Assembly (NCBI GenBank): GCA_964518565.1
Contig: CAZFGX010000001.1
Span: 798,568-862,567, forward strand
DNA from: an uncultured Gammaproteobacteria bacterium
Lineage (GTDB): Bacteria > Patescibacteriota > Microgenomatia > CAZETR01 > Amesbacteraceae
Direction: 5' to 3'
DNA length: 64,000 nucleotides
Shown: positions 41,432-51,887 of the stretch, piece by piece
Layout of the letters: the number at the start of each line of letters is the position of its first letter
Position numbering within the stretch: the first letter of the stretch is position 1
The notes under the pieces: model-generated
The model's database searches: none
Seen by the model: the letters and a program-made list of their open reading frames with translations, nothing else
What the model was told of the DNA's origin: nothing
Translations under genes and position numbers: made by a program

Positions 41432-43300
41432 TTATGCCTTCATCAGCCGATCAAACTCTTCTCCGTCCATATTTTCTTCTTCTAAAAGTTTTGCCGACAC
41501 CACATCTAATTTCTTACGGTGCTTCTTCAACAATTTTACAGCTGTCTCATATCCCGTCTCGACAATCTTTTTGACCTCAATATCGATTTGCGACCGCATC
41601 TCTTGAGAAATCTGGTTTTGTTCATACATTCCCTGACCCCATTCAATAGCATCTTGGTCTGGACCATAATTAATCGGCCCCAAATCAGACATACCAAATT
41701 CCATCACCATGTTTCGAGCGACCCGCGACGCCTTATCAATATCATTGCTTGCCCCAGTAGTCATTTCATCAAACACCAATTCTTCCGCAGCCCGACCTCC
41801 TAGCATCATGGCGATTTGAGCCAACAATCGCTTTTTTGTTTCATGTACCCGATCAGCAGCAGGTGGCACCAACGTATGTCCCAAACTCATTCCTCGAGAC
41901 ACGATCGAAATCCGATGGACTGGATCCAATCCATCTTGCGCCCAATTCACAATTGCATGACCAACCTCATGATAAGCGGTCATTTTGCGATCTTCTTCAG
42001 ACTGTATCCGTTTCTTTTGTGGCCCCAGCTTCACTTTCGTGGCTGCTTCTTCGATATCTTTCATCGAAATTTCTTTCTTTTCCTGTCTGGCAGTATCAAT
42101 AGCTGCCTCATTGAGCATATTTTCCAAATCAGCCCCAGAAAAGCCCACTGTTCGCCGAGCTACCGCATCCCAATTCACATCTTTTGAAATCGGCTTATTT
42201 TTTGCATAAATTGCCAAAATTGCTTTTCGGCCATCGACATCTGGCAAATCCACCATCACTCGCCGATCAAATCGGCCAGGACGCAACAACGCTGGATCGA
42301 GTAGGTCTCCACGATTTGTCGCAGCCAAGACAACCACATTGTCATTTGGATTAAATCCGTCCATTTCCACCAAGATTTGGTTCAATGTCTGCTCGCGCTC
42401 ATCGTGTCCACCCATAAATCCATTTCCGCGCTGTCGTCCAATTGCATCAATTTCATCAATAAAAATAATTGCCGGTGCTGCCTTTTTTGCCGTACCAAAC
42501 AAATCTCGTACCCGAGCTGAACCTACCCCGACCAACATTTCCATAAATTCCGACCCAGCCATTGAGAAAAATGGCACACCAGCTTCACCTGCTACTGCTC
42601 GTGCCAATAAAGTTTTGCCTACTCCAGATTGCCCCACCAAAAGAACTCCCTTAGGCGTTCTGGCCCCAATTGCCTTATATTTTCCTGGATTTTTCAAAAA
42701 ATCCACCACTTCTTCCAATTCTCTTTTTGCCTCATCTACTCCAGCCACATCAGCAAATTTTACACTTTGCTTCCCTTTATCAAACAACTTTGCTCGTGAT
42801 TGACCAAAAGAAAACAAACTGTCTTGTTGTCCTCGAGCTTGACGAAACATCCACAAAAATAAGAGCACCGTCGCCCCAATGCCAATAATAGTCGGCAAAG
42901 ATGCAGCCAACAATTGGCCCAGTGTTTGATCTTTAATATCGTAGCGCACGCTAGTTGGGTCGATTTTTGATCGATCCAAAATTTCCGTCATACTCTCATT
43001 TGGCTCCTTACGCGAAATTGCCACCGTTCCATCCTTGTAGCTCAATACCAATTTTTCTGAAAACACCTCTATTTTGTCTACTTTATTCGCCTTGATATCA
43101 GCCAGTGCTTGGGACAACTGCACTTCTTGTCCAGCGCTTTTACCAGCAGACCACAAGCCGAACAAAGAAAAAATCATCAACCCCACGACAATCAGCCAAA
43201 TAAATTTTTGCAAATCAAATTGCATCTGAATCATCACCCCACGCGGCATCTTCTTTTTCTTTGAATCAAGATCTTTTGGTGCTGAAGGTAATTTCGCCAT
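41432..43300 (-). CDS. ftsH: ATP-dependent zinc metalloprotease FtsH
   Basis: 2 TM, GVGKT Walker A, DEIDA, RPGRFDR, HEVGH. Confidence 0.97.
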   Translation of the reverse strand: MAKLPSAPKDLDSKKKKMPRGVMIQMQFDLQKFIWLIVVGLMIFSLFGLWSAGKSAGQEVQLSQALADIKANKVDKIEVFSEKLVLSYKDGTVAISRKEPNESMTEILDRSKIDPTSVRYDIKDQTLGQLLAASLPTIIGIGATVLLFLWMFRQARGQQDSLFSFGQSRAKLFDKGKQSVKFADVAGVDEAKRELEEVVDFLKNPGKYKAIGARTPKGVLLVGQSGVGKTLLARAVAGEAGVPFFSMAGSEFMEMLVGVGSARVRDLFGTAKKAAPAIIFIDEIDAIGRQRGNGFMGGHDEREQTLNQILVEMDGFNPNDNVVVLAATNRGDLLDPALLRPGRFDRRVMVDLPDVDGRKAILAIYAKNKPISKDVNWDAVARRTVGFSGADLENMLNEAAIDTARQEKKEISMKDIEEAATKVKLGPQKKRIQSEEDRKMTAYHEVGHAIVNWAQDGLDPVHRISIVSRGMSLGHTLVPPAADRVHETKKRLLAQIAMMLGGRAAEELVFDEMTTGASNDIDKASRVARNMVMEFGMSDLGPINYGPDQDAIEWGQGMYEQNQISQEMRSQIDIEVKKIVETGYETAVKLLKKHRKKLDVVSAKLLEEENMDGEEFDRLMKA

Positions 43301-43316
43301 ATCAAACTGCCCAATT

Positions 43317-43646
43317 TTAGCGCACTCGTGCTCCAATAGCCATCTCCTCTATCGCCTGAACAAAAATTGGTTTCCCCCCTTCTCCATCGACGGCCAAAAT
43401 CATGCCTTGAGATTCCATCCCCATCATTTTTTTGGATTCCAAATTTGTCACAAACAAAAATTTCTTCCCACCAAAATATTCTGCCTCGAATCCATAGGGT
43501 CTCACCCCAGTAAAAATCGTCCGTGGCTGCTCTTCACCCAAATTGACCGTCAGTCGAATCAACTTCTCACTACCTTCTTGATCTACTGCCTCCAGAACCA
43601 AGCCCACTTGAATCTGCACCTCTTTAAATTGCTCAATGGTGATCAT
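43317..43646 (-). CDS. tRNA-binding OB-fold protein (MetRS C-terminal/Trbp111-like)
   Basis: ITIEQF..SEKL..VTNL..ESQGMILA. Confidence 0.85.
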   Translation of the reverse strand: MITIEQFKEVQIQVGLVLEAVDQEGSEKLIRLTVNLGEEQPRTIFTGVRPYGFEAEYFGGKKFLFVTNLESKKMMGMESQGMILAVDGEGGKPIFVQAIEEMAIGARVR

Positions 43647-44623
43647 ACAAACCCCACTTTACCATACACATCTACCACTCTCGGATGAGAGAGTTCATAT
43701 GCTCGCTGTCCATTCTGTTTCAAAATCGTTTCGACCTCTCCCGATTTTCTTAACTCGGAAAATCGTCTTTGAAATGGCTCCAAAAATCCTATTACCACCT
43801 CAGTCAGTCCCAGTTTAAATTCTTTATACCCCTTTCCTTCATATTCAGTTTCGACCTCAGCTGGAGTTTTACCCGACAATTGACTATAAATTTCTACCAG
43901 ATTAAACACCCCTGGTCGGTTTTTATCATATGCAATCGTCCGCTCACTGTCTGTCACTGCTCTAGCAATTTTTTCTCGCACCATATCTACACTATCCAGT
44001 AGTCCTATAGCTCCATATTGATTCGTATCACTCTTACTCATTTTTTTTGTTGGTTCCTGCAAACTCATAATTCTAGACCCGACACTCGGAATTTTTGGCT
44101 CAGGCAAAACAAATGTCTGGCCAAATTTGGCATTAAATCGCTCGGCAATATCCCGCGCCAGTTCTACATGCTGCTTTTGATCATCGCCCACCGGCACCTC
44201 AGTCGTCCCATACAACAAAATATCCGCCGCCATCAGTACCGGATAGTCAAACAATCCCACACTTACCATATCTTTTCCTTCAGACTTTTCTTTAAATTGA
44301 GTCATTCGATTCAACTGTCCCATACCAGTAAAACAATTCAGTATCCAAGCCAAATTCGCATGATCTGGATTATGAGATTGGGCAAACAACAATGATTTTT
44401 TCGTATCAATACCTGCAGCGACCAAAATTGCTGCCATATCCAAGATTTTCTCTCGCAAAACTGCCGGCTCTTGGGCTACCGTAATCGAATGTAAATCCAC
44501 AATACAATAAATATTCAACCTATCTTCCGTTTGCATATTCACCCATTGCTTGACTGCGCCAATGTAATTACCTATATGCAAATTTCCCGTCGGTTGAATA
44601 CCAGAAAACACAATTTGTTTCAT
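43643..44623 (-). CDS. trpS: tryptophanyl-tRNA synthetase
   Basis: SGIQPTG, HIGN, YPVLMAADIL, KMSKS. Confidence 0.97.
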   Translation of the reverse strand: MKQIVFSGIQPTGNLHIGNYIGAVKQWVNMQTEDRLNIYCIVDLHSITVAQEPAVLREKILDMAAILVAAGIDTKKSLLFAQSHNPDHANLAWILNCFTGMGQLNRMTQFKEKSEGKDMVSVGLFDYPVLMAADILLYGTTEVPVGDDQKQHVELARDIAERFNAKFGQTFVLPEPKIPSVGSRIMSLQEPTKKMSKSDTNQYGAIGLLDSVDMVREKIARAVTDSERTIAYDKNRPGVFNLVEIYSQLSGKTPAEVETEYEGKGYKEFKLGLTEVVIGFLEPFQRRFSELRKSGEVETILKQNGQRAYELSHPRVVDVYGKVGFV

Positions 44624-44642
44624 ACTCCTTATTCTACATCAC

Positions 44643-44687
44643 AAAAAAAATGACGGTGGTAAAACACAACTGTGTATACCACCGTCA
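44643..44687 (-). terminator. intrinsic terminator
   Basis: TGACGGTGGTA..TACCACCGTCA + T8. Confidence 0.75.
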
Positions 44688-44724
44688 CAACTAACTAGTG
44701 AGAATAGTGATTAACCAAAAATGA

Positions 44725-45399
44725 CTACTTCGGCCCACCCAACTGCTTACGATTCTTTGCCAACCAGGCTTCCATATCTTGCAACTGCGGCATCTGAGGT
44801 ATAGAAGGTAAAGATGGCAACGAAGGCGGCGGCGGTAGCTGAACATTGTTGGCAGGAACATTGATATGCACCCGCTTGGGTTCCGGTACAACTTCTCCTT
44901 GAATAACGGGCAACTGCTGCCGTGATCGTGACGGTCGCGGCATATGCGCCGGCTCAGGCAAACTCCGATACCGCGGCGGCTGATAGTACTGCACCTGTGG
45001 CGCTTGTTGTATTTGCGAAAGTTGATTCAGCAATTGTCGCTGAGCCAAGAGCTGTTGTTGCAAAAGTTCATTTGCCTGTATTGCTTGCTGATCCAATGCA
45101 TGAATCTTTCGGGCATAAAACATACCCTTAATCCCCAACAAGCCCTGCCTATGTCCTTCTGTCTCAGTTTGAGCATGAAGCAACTTTCTTTTGACCTTTT
45201 CTGTTTTGATTTTTTCCCGAGCCAATTCTCTCTCGCTACTGATATAACGAATATATTCCCTCCATGTCCCGACCTGGTGAATCGCCATCCAAGCGAAAAT
45301 TCCGACCATAGCCAGAATGGCAAGAATGCCAAAAATCATCACTGTCGGATCAGGACCAATCGAAATCACATGTACCGACTCACTAAAATGTGTATCCAT
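44725..45399 (-). CDS. hypothetical protein: TM, coiled coil, Pro/Gln-rich tail
   Basis: 224-aa ORF, SD GAGGAGG, terminator downstream. Confidence 0.75.
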   Translation of the reverse strand: MDTHFSESVHVISIGPDPTVMIFGILAILAMVGIFAWMAIHQVGTWREYIRYISSERELAREKIKTEKVKRKLLHAQTETEGHRQGLLGIKGMFYARKIHALDQQAIQANELLQQQLLAQRQLLNQLSQIQQAPQVQYYQPPRYRSLPEPAHMPRPSRSRQQLPVIQGEVVPEPKRVHINVPANNVQLPPPPSLPSLPSIPQMPQLQDMEAWLAKNRKQLGGPK

Positions 45400-45603
45400 A
45401 CACCCTCCTCAAAAGATCAATAGACTATTCTCAAAAGTCAACGTACTCACCCGGCCGTATGTCAAAAAACGCGTTTCGTCTTATATACGGCCAAAGCTGG
45501 CCGTATTGTACCAAAGTTACCCTCAAATAGCTATCAAATAGACCTATAGTATGATATAATAGATACAGAGTTTTTGGCACGTTCACAATTTAGGAGGTAA
45601 TGT

Positions 45604-46479
45604 ATGAGAGACAATGACGATGGCTGGTGGATCAAACCCACAGTCAAAGCAGTAATTGGTTTGGCAATTTTGTTTGTTATTTGGTTCGTCGAGTTTGTCA
45701 TAAATCCCTATGGCAATACTAGCGTAGTTCTCCCCGGTGGTCACACCGGATTGATCAAAGGTGTGTATTGCGATAATGCTTGGCAACCATGGCGTTTCCA
45801 AGCCACAAATCAAACCGGCCGCGCAAACAAAAGAAATTGGATTGTGGTCAATGTCTGGATAGACAACGACGGCGTCAAAACCCGTCCTAGCCAAGGCACA
45901 CTGACCGAAAAGTATGAATTTTCAGTTCCTAAATGCGAAAATGAACTCGTAGATGTGGCCAAAATCTGGTCAATAAGCACCAGCAGTCAAGAAATTCACT
46001 TCCGGGTTCATCCGCAGTTTACGATCCAAGATACAGACGCCCAAACCAAAATCAGCGGGTATCTAACTGGCTCACAATTGCTGTTCAGTTTTCTGACCAG
46101 TCTACTTGTCGGTATCACATTAGCTGGACCATTTTTTCTTGGTCTATGCCTATACGACCTGTTCGACAAAGTGGTAGATCGGTACGTCTTAACCCATACG
46201 GACATTCCACATCTGGGTCATGTCCGTATCGCCCTACTCTTTGGCGCCCTTCTGTTTTTCGCCTGGCCACCAATTAGTCACTGGCTTATCAGCCTCGACC
46301 CGTTCTGGGCCGAAGATTGGTACAGCCAATATGTGCCCGCCTTGGAACAAACCGGTGTCGTAAACATCAGTTGGTCCATTTGGGCATGTATCAGTCTAAT
46401 CGTTGGCTATCTAGTCGAAATTGGTGTGGATCAAATCTACAAAAGGATAAAAAATCGTGGAAAAAACCAACAAAGCTAG
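45604..46479 (+). CDS. hypothetical membrane protein (paralog of next gene)
   Basis: SD AGGAGG; TM-extracellular domain-TMs. Confidence 0.8.
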   Translation: MRDNDDGWWIKPTVKAVIGLAILFVIWFVEFVINPYGNTSVVLPGGHTGLIKGVYCDNAWQPWRFQATNQTGRANKRNWIVVNVWIDNDGVKTRPSQGTLTEKYEFSVPKCENELVDVAKIWSISTSSQEIHFRVHPQFTIQDTDAQTKISGYLTGSQLLFSFLTSLLVGITLAGPFFLGLCLYDLFDKVVDRYVLTHTDIPHLGHVRIALLFGALLFFAWPPISHWLISLDPFWAEDWYSQYVPALEQTGVVNISWSIWACISLIVGYLVEIGVDQIYKRIKNRGKNQQS

Positions 46480-47233
46480 CACTCCTGAAGAAATCATTCA
46501 AGCAGTCCAAATACTGCTCATAATACTGATTCTAATCTGTGCATGGACAATTTATGTAAATAGCATCATAGCTCATCCGTCTGGAAATCCACGGTTCGAG
46601 CTTCCTGAAGGCCATGTCGGCCAAATCTATGGCTTGTATTGCAATGACGAAATGGTCTATTGGAGACTACATGTCACGAGCGATATAACCAGCAAAGACG
46701 ACAAAAGTTTTGTCTATGCCAATGCCTGGATAGACCAAAACGGTACTCCAAAAAATCCCACAAATATCTTTCTAGTAGAGGGAGAAGAATTGTCATTTAC
46801 TGGATGCGATGGTGAAAAAATCGAGGTGGCTCGAATCAGTAAATTGATTCCCGGTACTCGAAATATTCAGTTTCGCGTTCACAACAATTATCAAATAATC
46901 GACATTTCAACGCTTATCAACAGAGTGTATAGCCCTCTCACCGTTCTAAGCAAAGTCGAACGAGAGTATCTAAATGTCATGCTGACAATCTGTTTACAAT
47001 TTTTTATCACATTCAGCCTGGCTCAATATATTGAGCCTCCAAAATCAAGAAATGATCTTTCCGCCTGCATGTGGATGTCAATATTTGTAGGTATGCTGAC
47101 GTTTCAGATGTTTCTGATTTTAACTATCTACTTCACAGTACCTGAAAAGATCATGTTTGCTGTCACCGCGGCAGCTGCATTTTTCTGCTCTCAGATACTG
47201 CTGATGCAAAAGAACAACTACCAAAAACTCTAA
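46457..47233 (+). CDS. hypothetical membrane protein (paralog of previous gene)
   Basis: Shares LP.GH.G.I.G.YC..WR..N.WID..FRVH with 45604 ORF. Confidence 0.75.
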   Translation: MEKTNKASTPEEIIQAVQILLIILILICAWTIYVNSIIAHPSGNPRFELPEGHVGQIYGLYCNDEMVYWRLHVTSDITSKDDKSFVYANAWIDQNGTPKNPTNIFLVEGEELSFTGCDGEKIEVARISKLIPGTRNIQFRVHNNYQIIDISTLINRVYSPLTVLSKVEREYLNVMLTICLQFFITFSLAQYIEPPKSRNDLSACMWMSIFVGMLTFQMFLILTIYFTVPEKIMFAVTAAAAFFCSQILLMQKNNYQKL

Positions 47234-47239
47234 CCCCAT

Positions 47240-47315
47240 AGCGAGGTCAGGCTTTTAGCCTACCTCGCTTTTTTTTGCAAAAAAAATGGGTGGTCTGCTC
47301 TCGCATTCCACCCAT
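47240..47315. terminator. back-to-back convergent terminators
   Basis: AGCGAGG..CCTCGCT+T run (+) and ATGGGTGG..CCACCCAT+T run (-). Confidence 0.7.
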
Positions 47316-47334
47316 GACACCTCCTTCAAGATAT

Positions 47335-47880
47335 TTAGACTTCTTTCACTCCTCCAAACAATCCTACTCCCGATACATACACTGTCCAAAAATTATTCGC
47401 CCAATCAACGGAAACCACGACTGGCACAGTATCGCGAGTAGAAAAGTATTTGGACTCCCCAGACGCACGCCTCACGTTCATCATATCAGCCAACACCAGC
47501 TGCATCTTAAAATCTCGCCACCTGCCTTGCACTTGCTCTGGCAACCAATACCACACCGGCATGTCCGTGACCAAAAATCGCTTGCGTGGCCCGGGACTAA
47601 ACTTTGACGGACCATCATAAAACCGATCTAGATCAACTTGCTGATGCTCAGTAACTCGAACAGAAATCTGCCCCCCATCATCGAGTCGCATACGTAGCAA
47701 CATGGGCTGATTCAAAAATTCAATCGCGCAGATCACTGTACCCTGGCCGGAGAGTAAATACTCTCCAAACACCACTGGTTGTGGCGAAGTCCGAGGAGCC
47801 GTAGCTGGTTCAACTGACCGAAAACGCAATTCCCGCCGAGCATGAAAAATTCGGAAAAACTGCAAAAACTCAAGCAACAT
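47335..47880 (-). CDS. hypothetical protein
   Basis: 181-aa ORF, SD GGAGG, own terminator. Confidence 0.65.
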   Translation of the reverse strand: MLLEFLQFFRIFHARRELRFRSVEPATAPRTSPQPVVFGEYLLSGQGTVICAIEFLNQPMLLRMRLDDGGQISVRVTEHQQVDLDRFYDGPSKFSPGPRKRFLVTDMPVWYWLPEQVQGRWRDFKMQLVLADMMNVRRASGESKYFSTRDTVPVVVSVDWANNFWTVYVSGVGLFGGVKEV

Positions 47881-48043
47881 ACATCATTCCTCCAAAGTCT
47901 AAAAGATATTAAAGTACAAAAAAAAACTAGGCTAGGCATTTAGCAGCATATTGCCAAATTTATAGCCAAAAATACTAATCCAATTATACGTTTCAAAACA
48001 AGATTAATCAAACACTACAGGATATACACGCTTTTATTTTTCG

Positions 48044-48079
48044 AAAAAAAAGGGCGGATAGCTTTACAGCCACCCGCCC
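48044..48079 (-). terminator. intrinsic terminator
   Basis: GGGCGG..CCGCCC + T run. Confidence 0.7.
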
Positions 48080-48113
48080 ACACAAAACATTACTTCAAGA
48101 AAGTCATTACCAA

Positions 48114-48923
48114 CTACTTACCAGGGGTAGGTGCCAAGGGATCAAGATCATCAACACCTGTGTCAAACGTCTTTTGAACCTCAGCCGCAGTAATCGGCCG
48201 GAAGATATATTCATATGCCGCCTTGGCATTCAAAATACATTGCTTCAGAGCCGGATTCCAAGAGATGTGATAATAGTCACAAATCGCTTGATCCTTCGAA
48301 AGAGATTCCAAATTGAAAGTCGGATACGCATAGCTCGGAACGGCAATCCCATTCTTTTGCGCCTGCTCTTGAGCATACTGCAAAATCTGAACTGCCATAG
48401 CCCGATACAAGTCGCCGGTATATTGAGTGTCAAGCTTGAGTTTCAACTCCCACAATTGGGCAAACTCGTCAGCACGGCCACGGCGCCAAACGGTAATATC
48501 ATTTGCAATTTGCTCGCCCATTGCCTGACATTTAGTGATGTCAGGATACTGCTCGTTCACCACGAGCGCATTGACCAACGGTTGAGTTGCAACTTGCAAA
48601 CCTTCGCTTGGCTTCGTCTTGCCTGCATTCACGTCATATCGACCTGAAACTGCATCACGCAAGGTCGTGGCCGAATTTTTGTAGCACTGATCAATGAGCG
48701 GGTATTTGTTTTTGATAGTCAAATACCCCTCGTTGGTGTCTTGTTGAATCTTCAGATACTGAGCTTCTGCTTGATTCTCCAATGCCACCGTCGTGTTCCA
48801 ATGCGTATGAACCTGATCAAGGGTTCTACTTGCTTGAGACACACTCGGCAACAAACCACACGAGCTCAACAACACAGCGCACATGAGAAAAAACGAAGCG
48901 ACAGACTTATGCAAACTTTTCAT
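48114..48923 (-). CDS. helical lipoprotein, distantly LemA-like
   Basis: Lipobox LLSSC; amphipathic helices; SGRY and EQYP motifs. Confidence 0.65.
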   Translation of the reverse strand: MKSLHKSVASFFLMCAVLLSSCGLLPSVSQASRTLDQVHTHWNTTVALENQAEAQYLKIQQDTNEGYLTIKNKYPLIDQCYKNSATTLRDAVSGRYDVNAGKTKPSEGLQVATQPLVNALVVNEQYPDITKCQAMGEQIANDITVWRRGRADEFAQLWELKLKLDTQYTGDLYRAMAVQILQYAQEQAQKNGIAVPSYAYPTFNLESLSKDQAICDYYHISWNPALKQCILNAKAAYEYIFRPITAAEVQKTFDTGVDDLDPLAPTPGK

Positions 48924-48954
48924 ATGTAGGTACCTCTTTTTGAAAATTTTTGAC

Positions 48955-50499
48955 TTACGAACGACGCTGACTCACAAACCACGCAGACACTCCTAAAAAG
49001 AGCGCCCATATTACAACATTAATAACGATCGACCCAAATAAACGTGAGCTTTTAATTGCTTCAATTTGTTCGGGCTTTGGCGTAATCAACGCTTTGCGAT
49101 ATTCTTCAGTCTTCATAGAAACACGGTGAAAACCATGCCCTTCTCGACCATCTCGCAATATGGCATCAATCACACCACCACTAAAATTGATCTGTGCGTT
49201 TCCACCAACCAGACTCGCTTGCATATCACCAAAAAAGCTTTTGGGTGAAAATGAAAACGGGGCAATTTGTTCCACGTCAAGTTGTACCTGACGATTGCCA
49301 ACAAACATACCAGTTTCCATTACACAAGCTACAACTGATTGCCGATCGGCAGAAACAGTACACAAAACAATAATGGTGTTTTTGGGCAAAATAAATCGCC
49401 CAAATACGTTTTCTTGCATCAGATACGCCTTGGCAGTTCGTATCCACTCAAAGCGATCAGAAACAAGATCTTGTGGAGCAAAGGCAAAAATCACACTGGC
49501 TTGCAATTGATTGCCTGCCATTGCTGCCCACATTGCTGCGGTTTTTTGCCACTCCATCCATTCGTTTTGTGACATGGTCACATTCAAAAATTGAACAAAG
49601 TCATAATCGTACCCTCTTCCGACTGGCACATTTTGAGCATTCACGCCCATTTGTTTTTTGCCACTATCGTAAATAGGATTGATTTTGGGCAAGAGCCCAC
49701 GACCTTGGTATTTAGGAATATGACCACCATATTCACGAAACAGTGTTACGTCATCCGCAAACACCCAGTTAGAATATTTGTGATACACCGAACCTGGCAA
49801 TGGCAAACCAGAATCAACAGCCGCTTTAATTCGCGACCATTCATCTGGAGTCTTCCATTCGAAAGAGCCACTTGGATAAGAAAATCGATAAGTGTTACTC
49901 TGCCAGTTTTCCGGAGCTAAGTGTTCAGCAAATACTCGGTGACCATTTTCAAACACATTCAACTCAGCCGTCAATGTTCTTTCGTAGTTAAACCACGGAG
50001 TGTACATATACAAACGCTCTACACACTCCTTCTTGGTTTTTTTTGGTTTACGCGAAGTTGGCTTTCCTGAACTATTAGTTGAACTAGAAGAATCGTCTAC
50101 CTCTACATCTTCATATCGAGTACACTTGCTTGTTTCAGTCACATAACGACATCCTGTGCCATTAGATTCTGAATGAGATTCATAGTACCGACAATCAAAA
50201 CGCTCTTCTTGGTATGACACCCATGCGCCGTGCAGTTTTTCAATATACGCTGCCCGATCCATTTTGGCCTGTTCCCAAGAAGTAGAGATCGACTCATTGG
50301 CCTGTCCATTTGCAATCAAAGGGCCACCGATCAGCGACACCAACACTGCAGGGATAACGATTGCACAACCTAAGGGCTGTTTTTGGGACAATGCAAAAAT
50401 TGACACTCCCAACGCAACCAAACCACTGATGATTAATGTCGCCCAAAAGGCGGACCACCAAACCGAATTAAACAATACGTCCAACGGGGTTAATTCCAT
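48955..50499 (-). CDS. large membrane protein with Cys-rich extracellular region
   Basis: 2 N-terminal TM + C-terminal TM; SD AGGAGG; operon with lipoprotein. Confidence 0.75.
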   Translation of the reverse strand: MELTPLDVLFNSVWWSAFWATLIISGLVALGVSIFALSQKQPLGCAIVIPAVLVSLIGGPLIANGQANESISTSWEQAKMDRAAYIEKLHGAWVSYQEERFDCRYYESHSESNGTGCRYVTETSKCTRYEDVEVDDSSSSTNSSGKPTSRKPKKTKKECVERLYMYTPWFNYERTLTAELNVFENGHRVFAEHLAPENWQSNTYRFSYPSGSFEWKTPDEWSRIKAAVDSGLPLPGSVYHKYSNWVFADDVTLFREYGGHIPKYQGRGLLPKINPIYDSGKKQMGVNAQNVPVGRGYDYDFVQFLNVTMSQNEWMEWQKTAAMWAAMAGNQLQASVIFAFAPQDLVSDRFEWIRTAKAYLMQENVFGRFILPKNTIIVLCTVSADRQSVVACVMETGMFVGNRQVQLDVEQIAPFSFSPKSFFGDMQASLVGGNAQINFSGGVIDAILRDGREGHGFHRVSMKTEEYRKALITPKPEQIEAIKSSRLFGSIVINVVIWALFLGVSAWFVSQRRS

Positions 50500-50606
50500 C
50501 TCATAAGCCTCCTACTTTTCTTGAAGAATGTTAAAGAACCAGAACTGGTAACTTCACAAAAAAGGCGCAGCAAACGCGCCAGTTTTATGAATATTACATT
50601 GCGGTC

Positions 50607-50635
50607 ATGTTATCAAATTACACCTAAAATGTCAA
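50607..50635 (-). promoter_or_regulatory. sigma70 promoter
   Basis: TTGACA-17 nt-(TGa)TAACAT. Confidence 0.7.
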
Positions 50636-50655
50636 TACTACAGGACATAAAGCAC

Positions 50656-50693
50656 AAAAAAAAGGCGCTCAGGGTATTTTTACCCCAAGCGCC
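50656..50693 (-). terminator. intrinsic terminator
   Basis: GGCGCT..AGCGCC + T8. Confidence 0.7.
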
Positions 50694-50737
50694 ACAAAAC
50701 TATCCAAACCGAAACTGTCACAAACGCTCTGTTTGTA

Positions 50738-50989
50738 CTACGTATTTGGACTACAAATCGCCTTCACAAAGGCTACCCGAAATCGCTCTGCTAGATTCTC
50801 ATCAAACCCATGTGGAATCACCACCCTCCACAGCAAAGCATCGCCATTTTCACCTTGCGAAACCTGCTTAGCCAGACTACGAACCTGCTCCATCATAGTG
50901 TTGGGCACGTTGTCCATCTCACCCGTCTCCAAATGAGACACCAAAATTTGTACTGCGTGCTCTGGAGTCAACTCAATTCCTGCCACCAC
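50738..50989 (-). CDS. small hypothetical protein
   Basis: SD AGGAGGTG; third gene of a 3-gene unit. Confidence 0.6.
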   Translation of the reverse strand: MVAGIELTPEHAVQILVSHLETGEMDNVPNTMMEQVRSLAKQVSQGENGDALLWRVVIPHGFDENLAERFRVAFVKAICSPNT

Positions 50990-50996
50990 TCACCTC

Positions 50997-51266
50997 CTAA
51001 TCTGTCAAAAACGGATACGGCAAGGGGTATTTCCCTTCCATCTGTCGCATCAACTCTTGCCAGCCTATTCCTCCAAGTGTATTTTCTGGATGTGGCAATT
51101 GCCAATGCAAAAATCCACCCGGACTCGCCTTTTGCAAAGCCATTACCGACTGTACGAGCAGCCAAACTGCTCGAGACTGTGTAGTCACGGTTGCATCATC
51201 AAAAATCCTCGCCATCACCTCTTTTACTGCACTCAGCTCTACCTGATCCACGGATACATTTGACAT
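50997..51266 (-). CDS. small hypothetical protein
   Basis: SD AGGAGG before ATG (MSNVSV). Confidence 0.6.
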   Translation of the reverse strand: MSNVSVDQVELSAVKEVMARIFDDATVTTQSRAVWLLVQSVMALQKASPGGFLHWQLPHPENTLGGIGWQELMRQMEGKYPLPYPFLTD

Positions 51267-51277
51267 ATGCCTCCTAT

Positions 51278-51598
51278 TTAGCAATCTATTATCTGCTTAA
51301 ACCACACCGAAGTCCCAATCCACTTTCGCCAAAACCAACCCACAATTCCCGGCTGCGACATGTGCACAAAATCTCGAATATATAGCCGTGCCTGATCTGG
51401 CCAATCTACAAAAGCCTGTGGCAAGACCCCTTGCCACTGGATATCTTTTGCCACCACTCCGGACAAAAGCAGCTCATAAGCTTCCCGAACTTTTCGATCA
51501 TGAACCGCCCCGTCACTCAAATCCAAACCATTTCGAGCTATTTGCATATCGTGCCATACCAGACGCTCGACATCTAGGTCACTCCCAGTATTCACCAC
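51278..51598 (-). CDS. small hypothetical protein
   Basis: SD AGGAGG before GTG; TATAAT promoter upstream. Confidence 0.6.
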   Translation of the reverse strand: MVNTGSDLDVERLVWHDMQIARNGLDLSDGAVHDRKVREAYELLLSGVVAKDIQWQGVLPQAFVDWPDQARLYIRDFVHMSQPGIVGWFWRKWIGTSVWFKQIIDC

Positions 51599-51695
51599 GA
51601 TTCCTCCTAACGAAACATAGATTTTTAAATGTACAAACCCCAAATGGGGGAATAAATTATACCTTAATTGGTAAAAAAATTAATATCCTATAGTA

Positions 51696-51724
51696 TTGAC
51701 AAATTGTTCACAAAATGATAAAAT
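51696..51724 (+). promoter_or_regulatory. sigma70 promoter
   Basis: TTGACA-17 nt-(TGa)TAAAAT. Confidence 0.75.
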
Positions 51725-51887
51725 TTATAAATCAGTACATTAAAAACTTAATTCATAGAGAGTAATACCAACATAACTTAAAAACGGTTAATCAAAGCCA
51801 CAAAGCGTGGTTAGATCTTAAAAAGTTGTGTTGGAGTTGTCTCTCTATGAGAGCAAAAATTTGTTTTTTCCAAAGATAAGGAGCAAT

